Shown one piece after another: positions 25,001 to 59,913 of a stretch of DNA of 64,000 bases. Source of the stretch: Macrostomum lignano (Eukaryota). The DNA lies in assembly GCA_002269645.1 (NCBI GenBank), contig NIVC01002579.1:1-64000 (forward strand). The letters run 5' to 3'. The notes beneath the pieces were generated by a model that was not told the origin of the DNA, made no database searches, and saw only the letters and a program-made list of their open reading frames with translations. How positions within the stretch are numbered: the first letter of the stretch is position 1; the number at the start of each line of letters is the position of its first letter. Both the position numbers and the translations under genes were made by a program.

Positions 25001-26690
25001 GTAGAAGATATGAGTGCGGCAGATGACGGGGCGTTGACCTGCTTTGAACGGCTTCATCCCATTGCTTCTAGTTTTCCGAGCCTTGTTGAAGTCACCGGTT
25101 GGTTTTGCTGGTACAGCCGCGATGAGCTCTGGTTGCGCTGCGTTGACCCGACCGAATGAATTCTGGACGGCGAACATCGAGTCGGCGATGGAGGCGAGCT
25201 GTGCTGGAGTCTGTTCCTGGAATCCAGACAAGGCCAGGCGGAATTCGCTCGGTAGGCAGCGCAACAGCGTGGCTTTGACCATGTCCGGGCAGCTGGCTGG
25301 TTGTATCCCGCATTGCGACATCTTGGCTGTGAGGCGTTGTAGAAAAATCGAGGGCTTGTCGCCGCCGAGGTCCGATGTCGCCAGAAGTTCGTTAATCTTC
25401 TCCTGCTTACTCTTCTGCATCATGTTGCAGACGCTGGTCTTCAGTAGAGTGTAGTTGGCAGGAGTCTCAGACGACAGGAGAACAGATGCGACGTCTTCTG
25501 GCAGGTTGGACACGAGGTGATGGTACTTTGTTTCCTCGGATGTGATGCGGGCTAACTTAAACTGAGATTCCAGCGTCTGGAACCAAGCGTCTGGGTTGTT
25601 GCAATAGAATGGCGGGGCTTTGACGCTGACGGCAGCCACAGCCTGCTGGTAAGGCGGCATCGCAGCCGGCGAGAAAAGGACGCTGGGCTGGCTAATCGAT
25701 GGTGCCGCGGCGGTGGTGCTAGGCGGGCTTATCGCCGGTGGTGAAGCAACGCCGCTGGGCTGGCTGACGACCGGTAACGGAGGTTGCTCCGTCGGTGGAG
25801 GAGGCGGTAGGTTCGACGCACTGGAGTCACTAGGAGTTGACATTGTTGTTGCGATGTATTTGCATTGATCCGCCTTGCCGGACCAGTTGTAAAGACTTTA
25901 GCAGTTGAATGCTCTGTTTATTTGAGTCAATCGAGTGATTGAAAAGAACTTAAAATAATTGCATTTCTGGTTTCGTGTATTTATAGATGAAATTGGGGTT
26001 TCCGGAAAGTTCTGGAAAAATGTGCATTGTAATAACAAAACTAAGTTGTATGTACGTATTGCTCAAATAGTGACTAAGTGTTACAATACAAGAATTCATG
26101 TAAATTAATAATTAACTATGCATAGACGGTGTAGAAATAATATTGTGAACATGATGGAAATTTCAGGAAAAGCGTAGAATATTTAATATTACCATATTGG
26201 GAAATTTCTATTATTCATACGCTAAAGAAAGTTCGCGAAGGTCACTACAATACTGCTTTTTTCTTGGAAATCCAAACCGATTCTGGTTCTGGAATCAATT
26301 GCCATGATTCCCATGAAGAGGCTCCTTTATATCTAATTCTAAAAATAGAATTAGTATTTCATGGAAGTTAAGTCAAGGTCTATAAAAGAATAGGCTCTAT
26401 TGATAAACATTTTATACATAGACATTTAGTTAAAAGGACTAAAAGTTATTTTTTTAAATTACCTTGATCTCTTGACAACCAATATTGAGGGTCTTTTCTC
26501 GAAAATCTACACCAATTGTTGCCTCTGTTCTTGTTGGAAACTTTCCTTCACAAAACCGATATGTCAGGCACGTTTTACCAACATTGGAATCACCAATGAC
26601 AATGATTTTATAGATCTTTTTGCTTTTATTCTTTTCCAAGTTCGCTAAAACACCATTGCCATTTCGAGCACTTTTCGATTCCAGAGACAT
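16085..26690 (-). CDS. RAB33: Rab33 GTPase. Exons 26690-26463, 19117-18890, 16402-16085
   Basis: [86 protein letters not shown] match Rab33 as recalled. CXC (CGC*) prenylation end. Both junctions are phase-0 GT-AG. Confidence 0.95.
16450..18885. repeat. Intronic minisatellite, 32 bp (GGGAACTGCACTGGATGGTAAAGCTTCCCTAA)
   Basis: About 75 copies filling almost all of Rab33 intron 2. Confidence 0.97.
19250..19780. repeat. Intronic minisatellite, 31 bp (CCTTGAGAATCTGCCTCTCCGCTCCMTCAGT)
   Basis: About 17 copies near the Rab33 exon 2 acceptor. Confidence 0.95.
20521..22100 (+). mobile_element. tRNA-derived SINE, copy 2, with an internal 18-bp array (GGGTTGYAGCCTAGTAGT, about 76 copies)
   Basis: Begins AAGGCGTTGTAGCCTAG like copy 1; array runs to about 21900; then a diverged body (AGACTC...GGTCGGGGTTTGATTC...AACAATTTGTG...AAGCAAGACA...CCTGAACAGCC...AGCCTTCAGA). 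Confidence 0.75.
23075..26085 (-). mobile_element. 3'-truncated Ty3/gypsy LTR retrotransposon (CsRn1/Kabuki-like): 5' LTR, PBS, gag, protease, RT, RNase H; no integrase or 3' LTR
   Basis: LTR 26085-25888 (TGTAA...TTACA, internal TATAAA and AATAAA). PBS 25885-25868. gag 25843 with VKAPPF...PDAWF and C-X2-H-X9-C-X3-C. Protease [30 protein letters not shown]. RNase H LVTDASS, TDHKPL. In-frame TGA at 24592-24594. Confidence 0.92.
25888..26085 (-). repeat. 5' LTR (198 bp)
   Basis: TGTAA/TTACA termini, TATA and polyA signals, followed after 2 nt by a TGG PBS. Confidence 0.8.
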
Positions 26691-27439
26691 TTTACTGCAC
26701 AAATAACATGAGGTTTATATGGTGTATTTTGTAACCAAATTTAAAACTTAAAATCTTCTTAATCTTCCAAGCGAAAATTAAGGGAATCCTGATCGGCTGA
26801 ATACTTTAGTTTAGCACTAGACCTTGTATGATGCTTTCTTGACAAAAAATAAAATGAAAACTAGAGTTAATACTGTCCCTGATACAGACTAAATTACCTT
26901 ACTACTAATATCGGACAGGCTTAGAGCCTGTTGTCTAAGCTCATGTGTTGTGATGCTGAGTGCTGACTGTGTCTGTGCAGTGCAAAGCAAAGGCCACGAG
27001 TGAACATTGCTTCCCTGAAAAAAATTTTGAACTACGAGCGTGTGGTATCGCAGATTAACAAATTATTGTTGGATAGTAGTCCTTAACAGAAATTATTTAT
27101 TACAAAAAGATTTTTTTGTTACATAATACACACATAGTTTATCATAAAAACAGCCTAATAGGAGCTAATTTCACTCTGGACATAAGAGCATTGTTAATTA
27201 GTCGTGACAAATTATGACGGAAAAATTATAGTTTAGACAGAAAAATGCATTGTGAAAGATTTACCATCGACTATAGAATAAAAGACTTTTTAGGTAACAA
27301 AACCATTTCGCATAAATAAATAATAAGAATTTGTGTGTATACGAGCTACACATGTATTATGTGCATTTCTACATGTACATGCATCCCATTTCCTACAATT
27401 TTTATCTAATGTGCCTAAGCCTAGTGTTTAGCGCTTACT

Positions 27440-28890
27440 TTGGCGTCTCTGATCGAAATTTCAAGTCTGCCAGGCAATCTGACGCTGCCGCTGCAGATGC
27501 CGTTGCCAGCAGAGGAGAGTTTCAGCCTAGCGCCAGTCAGCACAGCCGACATTGTGAGGCTCGCCCAAAACAGTCACCGGGTGGGAAAGCGCTGATTCCG
27601 CACGAGGTGCCCATCGAGGCGCTGCTCCACTGTGTGGCCAGTACCCGCCAGAGTAATGAATCGCGTGCTAGCTCTTCGCTGAGAATTGGCACCCAACGAA
27701 TGGACCACGGCGCACATCGTCACAATTTCCTAAAAAGCCAGGCACCACAAGGCTTGAGGAGCATCGAGGTATCTGCCTTCAGTCCTGCGCTGCGAAGCTG
27801 TTCAACCGGATGCTGCTATCGCGGTTGCAGCCCGTGCTGGATCCGTACCTGCATCCTGAGCAGACAGGCTTTCCGCGGCCCCATCGCCCCATCGCGGCAC
27901 AGTGACGCAGATCCTGGCTCTTCACCGAGTCATCGAGGAGGCGCGGACACGCCAGTCGATCCTGATTGTTATCTTCATAGATTTCAAGAAGGCATTCGAC
28001 TCGGTCGTCAGGTCTGTGCTCCCAAGGTGCTCCGTGCGTACAACGTGCCAGAGCAGCTGATTTCCGCCATCTGGTGATGTACCGTGATACGAAAGCTGCT
28101 GTTTTAACACCGGACTTCTTTGAGACCCTCCGGTGTGCTTTGACAGGGAGATACGCTTGGGCCGTTCCTCTTCGTTCTGGTGCTTGACTGCTTGCTGCGG
28201 ACCGCTCTTCCTACCAACGACGACGGCTTTCTGTTGCAGCGACGCCTGGGTCGACACAAACCGAAGAGGCGGCTTAGCGTACTTGGCAAGGCCGACGATC
28301 TCGCCCTGCTGTCCTCTTAACTGTCGAGGGCGCCCAGTGAAAAAACGACTTTGTGCTGAGGCGCTGCAGGACAGGAAATGGAGTTCCCGCATTGTCAGCA
28401 GTTCGTCTACCTCGGTGGTCTGGTTCCCGGCGTCCGCGAAGATTTGCATGGTTCCTTTCGTTCGTTCTTTCGTTCTGTGAGGGCTGTCCTGCAGTCCGAC
28501 GCCCTGCCTGACCGCCAGAGGGTGGCGTTATTCCAAGCGGTGATCAAGACCGTCCTGCTGTACTGCCTGTACAAAGTCGAGATCTGGATGTTAACGATTC
28601 CAGCAACAATTTGACCCCGTCGCCTTCAAGATCGGCTCCGAGCGAGTGACCAACGCGGCTTTGTATTATCGCGCCGGCCTGGTCCGTCCAAGCGACCTGT
28701 TGCGACGTCGGCGACTCCAGCTGGTGCAGGCCACATCATCTGCACCGTGTCGTACTGCCCACAGCCGGTGCAGGTGCTTCTGCAGCAGGCAGGCCCGCAC
28801 TCGGCGCTTCGTCGACTGCCTGCTGGCTGACGCCGGCCCCGGATCCATGCGTGGCATTCGTTCGCGACCTGGCCCTGAGGCGCGCCCTGT
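27440..28890 (+). mobile_element. Degenerate RTE-clade non-LTR retrotransposon (RT fragment)
   Basis: Frameshifted RT motifs: HIVTI.KKPG, KLFNRMLLSRLQ, IFIDFKKAFDSV, QGDTLGPFLFVLVLD, ADDLALL, RRRRLQL. Multiple stops and indels. Confidence 0.85.
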
Positions 28891-30207
28891 GATGCTGAAC
28901 GTGTATTCTGTTGTTTTCGTGTTGTCGAGTCTGCTACAATCCCAAGACTTAAACCGCTGTTGGTGATGCAAGCGAAATGACTAAAATGCTTGGGAGCCAA
29001 GAGATCCAGAATATTAACTGATTGGTCTTGCCCTTGCAATTTTCATTCATTTGGGATATTACTAAATAAATTGATAGTGCAGTACAGTTGCGCGATGTTT
29101 GAATCAGTTGAAAATTCGAGCATTTTCAGACTTCCAACACAGAATTGATTATTGGCCTGGCTGACACAATGTCACAAACTGACATAAAAGCTAGTGTTAG
29201 GGTGCCATTAGATTACAAAAATGTATATGCAATGTGCCCTCCCACCAATAGCCTCCCCCCACTTTGAAAAATGTTCCGACACCGCTGTGTATTGTACATG
29301 TAACCATGTATGTATAGCGGTTGCAAAAGTCTAAAAAACTCCATTTTCGTCGTCATTTTTCGTAGTTCCCTCAAATGGGAATGCCCCCAATGAAGACGAA
29401 AAAGCTCGCGTACTTTGAAAGAATTTTTAGCTAAATATATTTTTTTCGATTTCTTTTCCAAGGTGCTCGTCATAAAATATTTTGTAGATGCACATATGAA
29501 TGTATAAGCAAGGATGACTGTAAGCAGTATGTTAAATACCTCAGGAGTTAAATGAACCAGATAGGTCTCGTTCATTCTCCATCAAATTCTGATATGATTT
29601 AAAAAAGTGTTTTTGCAAATACATTTTGCCTAGTTGCGCGAAGCATTGAAACTTTATGAAAATAATGTTAGTTGTTTGCTAGGGATCGGAGAAGTAAGGC
29701 CAGGAGATTTCAGTTTTGGCGTTTGGCTACTAAAACATTTATATGTTTGCATTGGCGTTCGTAATGTACCCGATCACTCATTTGTGAACAACATCTTTGA
29801 CCCAACAAAGCAATATATAGACTACCAGACCTGCACCAGAACTGGAAATAGCAGACATTTTCCCGATGCTCTTCCCGCACTTGAGCTTTTTAATTAACTT
29901 CTGAAGGTTTTCTACCGACACTTCCATATAGAAAGCCATTAAACTTACTAATCTTAGGCTGCGTTACCAATGGGTTAATTATGTCAAAACTGGAACATCA
30001 TCATCAAACGTTACAATCAGTTCTTTTTTAGTAAATAAATACAGTAAGCTATAGATCGGATTATTCGGGTAAGTGTAAAAAGTACAGCTAGTACGCTTAT
30101 ATACTAAGTCATGGGTCTTTAATTGTCAGGTTGTCTCAGTTTGCCTCAACAGCACAACATCATGTGTTTTGTTGAAATTTCAAGCATAATCGCACTAACT
30201 CTTCCAG

Positions 30208-38860
<8,653 letters not shown>

Positions 38861-39891
38861 TCTGTTATTGATTGACACGGTTAGTGTTAACTATAACTAG
38901 ATATTTCTTCTGTAGCTGCTATGCAAGCCAGTTTTCTATTTATACACTGTTTCTGTTAAGCGATAGGCGAATGAATTTCCAACCCCACCGTCCGTTCCCG
39001 TCTGAACACGAGCAAGAAAGAAGTTTCTGATTTGTCTATTTTTTTCTCTTAAGCTGGCTGTGCACAATTAGTGCAATGATACCCATGCTTTAATTTTATA
39101 AGGGAGGAACTTGTCGAAGTCTGAGACAACCAACCAACCTATAGAGTGAAGCCAACCAATGCAACCAACAACCAGCGGCAATGATAGAGGGGGCCATGGC
39201 ACAACCCTCTTGAACCCCTCTTTGCCTACGCCCCTTACAGCCTTTTGATTACTGTTGGTAAGGATCTAATTTTTGCGCTGAAAATCAATAGCTAAACTAA
39301 ATGTTAAAATTACTCTCTGAAAATGTCGAGAAACCAACCGTGATCAGTGACGCATTGCCATGCAGCAGTCCGCAGCTGCAGCAATATTGCCCTCGATGAT
39401 ATTTTCTTGTCAAACTTTTAAGACCATTATCAAATGTCTACAAAAGTTTCTATGCGTGCCGAAGGCTGTTTTGTTTGAATCAGATTTCTCCCCTTGCTGA
39501 AGCAGCGTGTGCGTGCGTGAATATATTTTCCTTTATTTTTTACCAATGGCTACACACCATGGAAAAAGCTATATAAAGTTCCCATAAGCTCTTTGCATGG
39601 TGCATGGCTGCTATTTCATTTATGCTTTTTCGCTAGAGAGCAATTTGCGGCAGCTGACATTTTACATTTGCCTCGAAAAAAACTATCGTAAATATCGAAA
39701 AATATCGTCGCACTACAAGGCACAATAAAATTATTGCCAAAAAAATAAGCATTTACCGCAGAAAAGCTTCTGAACTTCTAAATTCTGACTTCTGAAAACA
39801 GTTCAAACGCAGAGAGCCAAACGGAAATTTACTGGGTGCCTTACCTGAGACAAACACGTAGCTAGTTGTGTATGCAATCAGAAACCCTTAC

Positions 39892-43051
<3,160 letters not shown>

Positions 43052-46000
43052 TCAAACGCAGAGAGCCAAACGGAAATTTACTGGGTGCCTTACCTGAGAC
43101 AAACACGTAGCTAGTTGTGTATGCAATCAGAAACCCTTACATGTACGTACATGTACAAAGATGCAAAAATATTTATATACACGGGGGATAAAAACGGGTA
43201 TATATTTTCAGTTGTCAGTTTTTTAATCAGTTTGCACTTGCACTATGTACGAGCGTATACTCGCAACACGGATGTGTAATCCCTTCAATCTTTACAAATA
43301 AGAGGTGCCCATCACAAAAGTAAAAAATTCGTAGTTAATGGTCAAAACTTTGATTTAGAGACATGAATCTTTCGACAATCTGAGCATATAAAATGATAAC
43401 AGTCGGTGGTTTAAGAAGTCCCTTGCATCAAACTCAACAGTTAAAAAGTTCGAGTGCCAAGTCAATGAGTAGTATGAACCTTGCATTGCACTTAATTCGA
43501 TCGTAATAATGCAGGAACATCCTATTGAAACCGATCTGAACCAGTGAAACACATAAAATAATAATAAGCTATACTATAGGCTAAGTTATCTATTGTTATT
43601 TTTATAGTTTTATTTAGCGCTAAAGTTGTTTTTTGATCAATATTTTTTTTGTTTAAAGTTGTACAATGTTAACTCAATTTGTTATATACATTTTGTCATA
43701 AACAAAAATTTTAAACTTGGTTTCAACGAAATCGGCCTTGACAAAATAGAATTTAACCGTATTAAAATTACTCACAAATGAGTCATTATTTTTTTCGATC
43801 TTTTGTTTCACATTAACATTCTGTTTACTAATGCCATAAGCTTATTTGTAATATCACTTATACTCGTAGAAACAAAATCAAAACCTAATCAGGCTACAAA
43901 AATTACAAACCGAATTAGGGACGTTGTGCAGTGCAGTGCAATTCATTCTATGCACACTAAAAAAACTTGTGCACTTGCGCGCATATTGTTGACAAATTTG
44001 CTCAGTTGCATGGATTCTTTGTGAAAATCTTATGTAACGAAAAAATAGGAAGATATCATGAATAATTTGGAAAAAATGTTTTTAACTTGTATTGTTTATT
44101 GCTTCATTATTGCTATGCTAAGTCAAATATTCTATCCCACTTAACAAAATTACATATCTAATAGTAAGTGGGAAGTCTCCAATATGTAACTTTCTTGGTT
44201 GCAGGAATGTCCTCTGATATTTCTAAAAAAGGTAAACAGATAATGCTTGTAATTTTATTGGGTTTTTTCCATCATTTTTGTACAAACAAGCTTCTTTAGA
44301 TCATAAAAATTGGATATGTATCAAGGATATTCCTACAACCAAAAAAGTTACATATCAAAGACATCCCACTTTCTATTGAATATATAATTTCGCTATAACA
44401 AATGTGTTTTCCTAGATTTGGCATGCATTCAAAATTAGTTATATGGTTATTAATTTTATAATAGAATTGGGAGGGGCCCTGCACAGATGCATTTATTATA
44501 ATATATAGGCATGTGTTTTAGTTAATATTAATAGTCCAGTAATATTACTACTACAATATTTGCCTAACTTGTAGTTTAGTATAAGTACTATTAGAGTGTA
44601 AAGCCCAGACAAACTCAGGTTTTGGTCAAGTCAAGTACTTGACCAAGCTTTAAGGTTTGAGCTAAGTATTCAAGTTGAGTTTTTTTGAGTAGTCAAATAG
44701 AATGAAAATTTGGTAGTTAGTGAATTTCAAACCTCAACCTTGCTCTATTTGACTCTTGTCATATTTTTGCACTAAACTTTAATATTTTTCATTTCATTAG
44801 TATTTCCAATAATAATAGATTCTCAAAAGACACTTTTAGCACAAAATCTTGCTTTTCAATTACTTTTTGTTTGATTAAATTAATTGATTCATTTAAGTGA
44901 ACATATTTTAATGGAATAGGCATTCCTTGCAGTTTAGGCTACTGGTTCTCTATTGCCAAGGATTTTTACTAGTGGATTTTACTAGTTTTAGATTTTGGTA
45001 GTTCGATGCCACCAGGTTCCTGCTTACCCTAATTCTGTTATTTAGATTTAAAGAATTGAGTCAAGACACCAAGTATATTATACTTAAAGGTTGATGAATT
45101 TGATATTAAAAGAAATGCTCAATTGTACAAAAGGTTGATTTATAGTAATTCCCCTTAATTCCTATTTCCCTTAATTGTGCTTGGGCAAGACTCCCATTAA
45201 TTAGGTTAGAGGCGAGACTCCTCTTGTGCAATCCTAATTTATAATTTCCTTTTATTTCCTTCTTCTTACCAAATTCCTTGTTAATTGGATTGTTGTAATG
45301 CAAGATGTGCAAGCCACAAGCAAACTTTTTATTAGTCCCACCCACCCAACTTTTCCCAACTCATAATACTTACTCCCGACATGGCTGGGAATCATAAAAA
45401 ACACCCAAGTCCCAACCAAGTTGGGATCAGGATTGGGATCTCAGTTGGGCTCTACTTGCCACATGTAATACATACTAAGGTCTAAAGCCCATATATGACC
45501 AAGTAGATATAAAAAATATATTCAATTGAAGTAAATTATGAGCTACATATCTTGCATCTTCAAGAATGAATAAACATTTCTTGGAAAGCACATTCGAAAA
45601 ACACAGGATAATGGCTAAAACAAACATAAGTTAAAATGGAATGCTAATATACATTGATTAGTATAATTTTACTAAAAGAATTGATAAGATTATATATATT
45701 TGTTCTTCTTCATTGTTACCTATTTTGATTAGATTGTTGCCAACTTTGCTTTTGCCAAATTTGTGTATGGTGAATCTTTTTCATTGAATTTTTTATTGCC
45801 AAATTGCTTAGCATCCTTATTGCTTATGTACTAGGCAAAATGCAATAGATGTGTATATGACTGCATGTATATCAATGCACTTTTTTGCCTGCTCATGAGA
45901 GTTGGAGGAATGGGCAGTAATGCCTCTCACTGGTTGTGTAACAACTAACAATGCCGCTTAAAGTTTGCTGGAGTGCACACAACCCCTTGCTTACAGTCTA

Positions 46001-46061
46001 AGCTATTTAACCAGCCATTCACAAAACAGATCTGAATTCTATGAATTGCAGTAAAGTCAGC

Positions 46062-56764
<10,703 letters not shown>

Positions 56765-56787
56765 GAGCAGTCTGACTGCTCAGGAAT

Positions 56788-57655
56788 AGTGACAGGTGTG
56801 ACTGAATGCCGTAGGATAGTGACAGGTGTGACTGAATGCCGTAGGATAGTGACAGGTGTGACTGAATGCCGTAGGATAGTGACAGGTGTGACTGAATGCC
56901 GTAGGATAGTGACAGGTGTGACTGAATGCCGTAGGATAGTGACAGGTGTGACTGAATTTCGTAGGATAGTGACAGGTGTGACTGAATGCCGTAGGATAGT
57001 GACAGGTGTGACTGAATGCCGTAGGATAGTGACAGGTGTGACTGAATGCCGTAGGATAGTGACAGGTGTGACTGAATTTCGTAGGATAGTGACAGGTGTG
57101 ACTGAATGCCGTAGGATAGTGACAGGTGTGACTGAATGCCGTAGGATAGTGACAGGTGTGACTGAATGCTGTAGGATAGTGACAGGTGTGACTGAATGCC
57201 GTAGGATAGTGACAGGTGTGACTGAATTTCGTAGGATAGTGACAGGTGTGACTGAATGTCCTAGGATAGTGACAATTGTGACTGACTGCCTTGGGATAGT
57301 GACAGGTGTGACTGAATGTCCTAGGATAGTGAAAGGTGTGACTGACTGCCTTGGGATAGTGACAGGTGTGACTGAATGCCGTAGGATAGTGACAGGTGTG
57401 ACTGAATGTCGTAGGATAGTGACAGGTGTGACTGAATGCCGTAGGATAGTGACAGGTGTGACTGAATGCCGTAGGATAGTGACAGGTGTGACTGAATGCT
57501 GTAGGATAGTGACAGGTGTGACTGAATGTCTAAGAATGGTAGCAGGTGTGACTGAATGTCTAAGAATGGTGGCAGGTGTGATCAACTGTCTAAGAATGGT
57601 GACAGGTGTGACCAAATGTCTAAGAATGGTGACAGGTGTGACTCAGTCGTCTCCT
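56788..57655. repeat. 30-bp minisatellite just 3' of the USP8 stop (GTGACAGGTGTGACTGAATGCCGTAGGATA)
   Basis: About 29 copies starting about 24 nt after TGA. Confidence 0.96.
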
Positions 57656-58194
57656 GGCTAATACTCGTATCCTCGGTAGTTCATTGGAAAAAGCTAAAAG
57701 GCTAAAAGAGCTGTACTATACAACATTGTCATTCTCGCAGAGAAATATTCTTGAATCATTATCTGTTTAACGCAAATAAGTTGAGTTGATTCTGACACTT
57801 TCGATTTCATAATTGATTTGCCACCCATTTGATGCTTTCTTTGTAGATTTCGATTTTCATTTGAAAACATTAAAATATATATATTCCGGTTTCAAAGTTG
57901 AAATACTAAGTTGTGTATTCAAACAATTCTATGTGTTCTATGCCATCTCGTACAACAGGTAATCTTTCTATATTAGTTAATCAGTATGCTAGTTTTGCAT
58001 CTCTGCGTACTATCAAAATATATGCGGCAATTTTTATTTTCATTCAATATTTACTACTCACTACAGTAAGTAGATCAGCAATTAACGTGTCCTGAATCAA
58101 TAAAAATTTCTGAATTACCAATTCTCGCGCTGTCCCAGTTTCACCTTAAGATTCATTTTAATAAGAATAGTGACAGATGTTATTCATTTGCTTC

Positions 58195-59755
58195 ATTTCA
58201 TCAATCTTACCCGTCACTCCATCAATCCTACCCAGCTTTCCATCAATCCCACCCGGCACTCCATCAATCCTGCCCGTCACTCCATCAATCCCACCCGACA
58301 CTCCATCAATCCCACCCGGCACTCCATCAATCCCACCCGGCACTCCATCAATCCCACCCGGCACTCCAGCAATCCCACCCGTCACTCAAATCCCTCCCGT
58401 CACTCAAATCCCACCCGTCACTCAAATCCCACCCGTCACTCAAATCTCACCCTTAACTCTAATCCCACCCGTCACTCAAATCCCACCCCTTCACTCAAAT
58501 CCCACCCATCACTCAAATCCCACCCTTCACTCAAATCCCATCCGTCACTCCACCAATCCCACCCGTCACTCCATCAATCCTACCCGTCACTCCATCAATC
58601 TCACCCTTAACTCTAATCCCACCCGTCACTCAAATCCCACCCTTCACTCAAATCCCATCCGTCACTCCACCAATCCCACCCGTCACTCCATCAATCCTAC
58701 CCGTCACTCCATCAATCTCACCCTTAACTCTAATCCCACCCGTCACTCAAATCCCACCCCTTCACTCAAATCCCACCCATCACTCAAATCCCACCCTTCA
58801 CTCAAATCCCATCCGTCACTCCACCAATCCCACCCGTCACTCCATCAATCCTACCCGTCACTCCATCAATCTCACCCTTAACTCTAATCCCACCCGTCAC
58901 TCAAATCCCACCACTTCACTCAAATCCCACTCATCACTCAAATCCCACCCTTCACTCAAATCCCATCCGTCACTCCATCAATCCCACCCGTCACTCCATC
59001 AATCCTACCCGTCACTCTATCAATCTCACCCTTAACTCTAATCCCACCCGTCACTCAAATCCCACCCCTTCACTCAAATCCCACCCCTCACTCAAATCCC
59101 ACCCATCACTCAAATCCCACCCTTCACTCAAATCCCATCCGTCACTCAAATCTCACCCTTAACTCTAATCCCACCCGTCACTCAAATCCCACCCCTTCAC
59201 TCAAATCCCACCCATCACTCAAATCCCACCCTTCACTCAAATCCCATCCGTCACTCCATCAATCCCACCCGTCACTCCATCAATCCTACCCGTCACTCCA
59301 TCAATCTCACCCTTAACTCTAATCCCACCCGTCACTCAAATCCCACCCCTTCACTCAAATCCCACCCCTCACTCAAATCCCACCCATCACTCAAATCCCA
59401 CCCTTCACTCAAATCCCATCCGTCACTCAAATCTCACCCTTAACTCTAATCCCACCCGTCACTCAAATCCCACCCCTTCACTCAAATCCCACCCATCACT
59501 CAAATCCCACCCTTCACTCAAATCCCATCCGTCACTCCATCAATCCCACCCGTCACTCCATCAATCCTACCCGTCACTCCATCAATCTCACCCTTAACTC
59601 TAATCCCACCCGTCACTCAAATCCCACCCCTTCACTCAAATCCCACCCCTCACTCAAATCCCACCCATCACTCAAATCCCACCCTTCACTCAAATCCCAT
59701 CCGTCACTCAAATCCCACCCTTCACTCAAATCCCACCCTTCACTCTAATCCCACC
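58195..59755. repeat. C-rich 18/21-bp minisatellite between USP8 and cyclin Y (CACTCAAATCCCACCCGT)
   Basis: Mixed units with visible higher-order blocks. Confidence 0.95.
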
Positions 59756-59913
59756 TAATTCCACAATCATAATTCATTCGGCATTTCCAGCGCAGCCACC
59801 GAAGCCGCCGCCGCCGCTGCCCCCAGCCGCCAGGTCAGGCGCCGCCGTGATCCCGGCGCGCTCCTCCTCGTGTCACCCTTGACAACCGCGACCCAGCCGT
59901 TCCCCATTTCACA

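Noticed and set aside
39170-39240. Short GC-rich CAGCGGC...CTACGCCCC segment resembling a MITE (similar end near 29270-29290)
   Set aside because: TIRs imperfect and no TSD could be defined.
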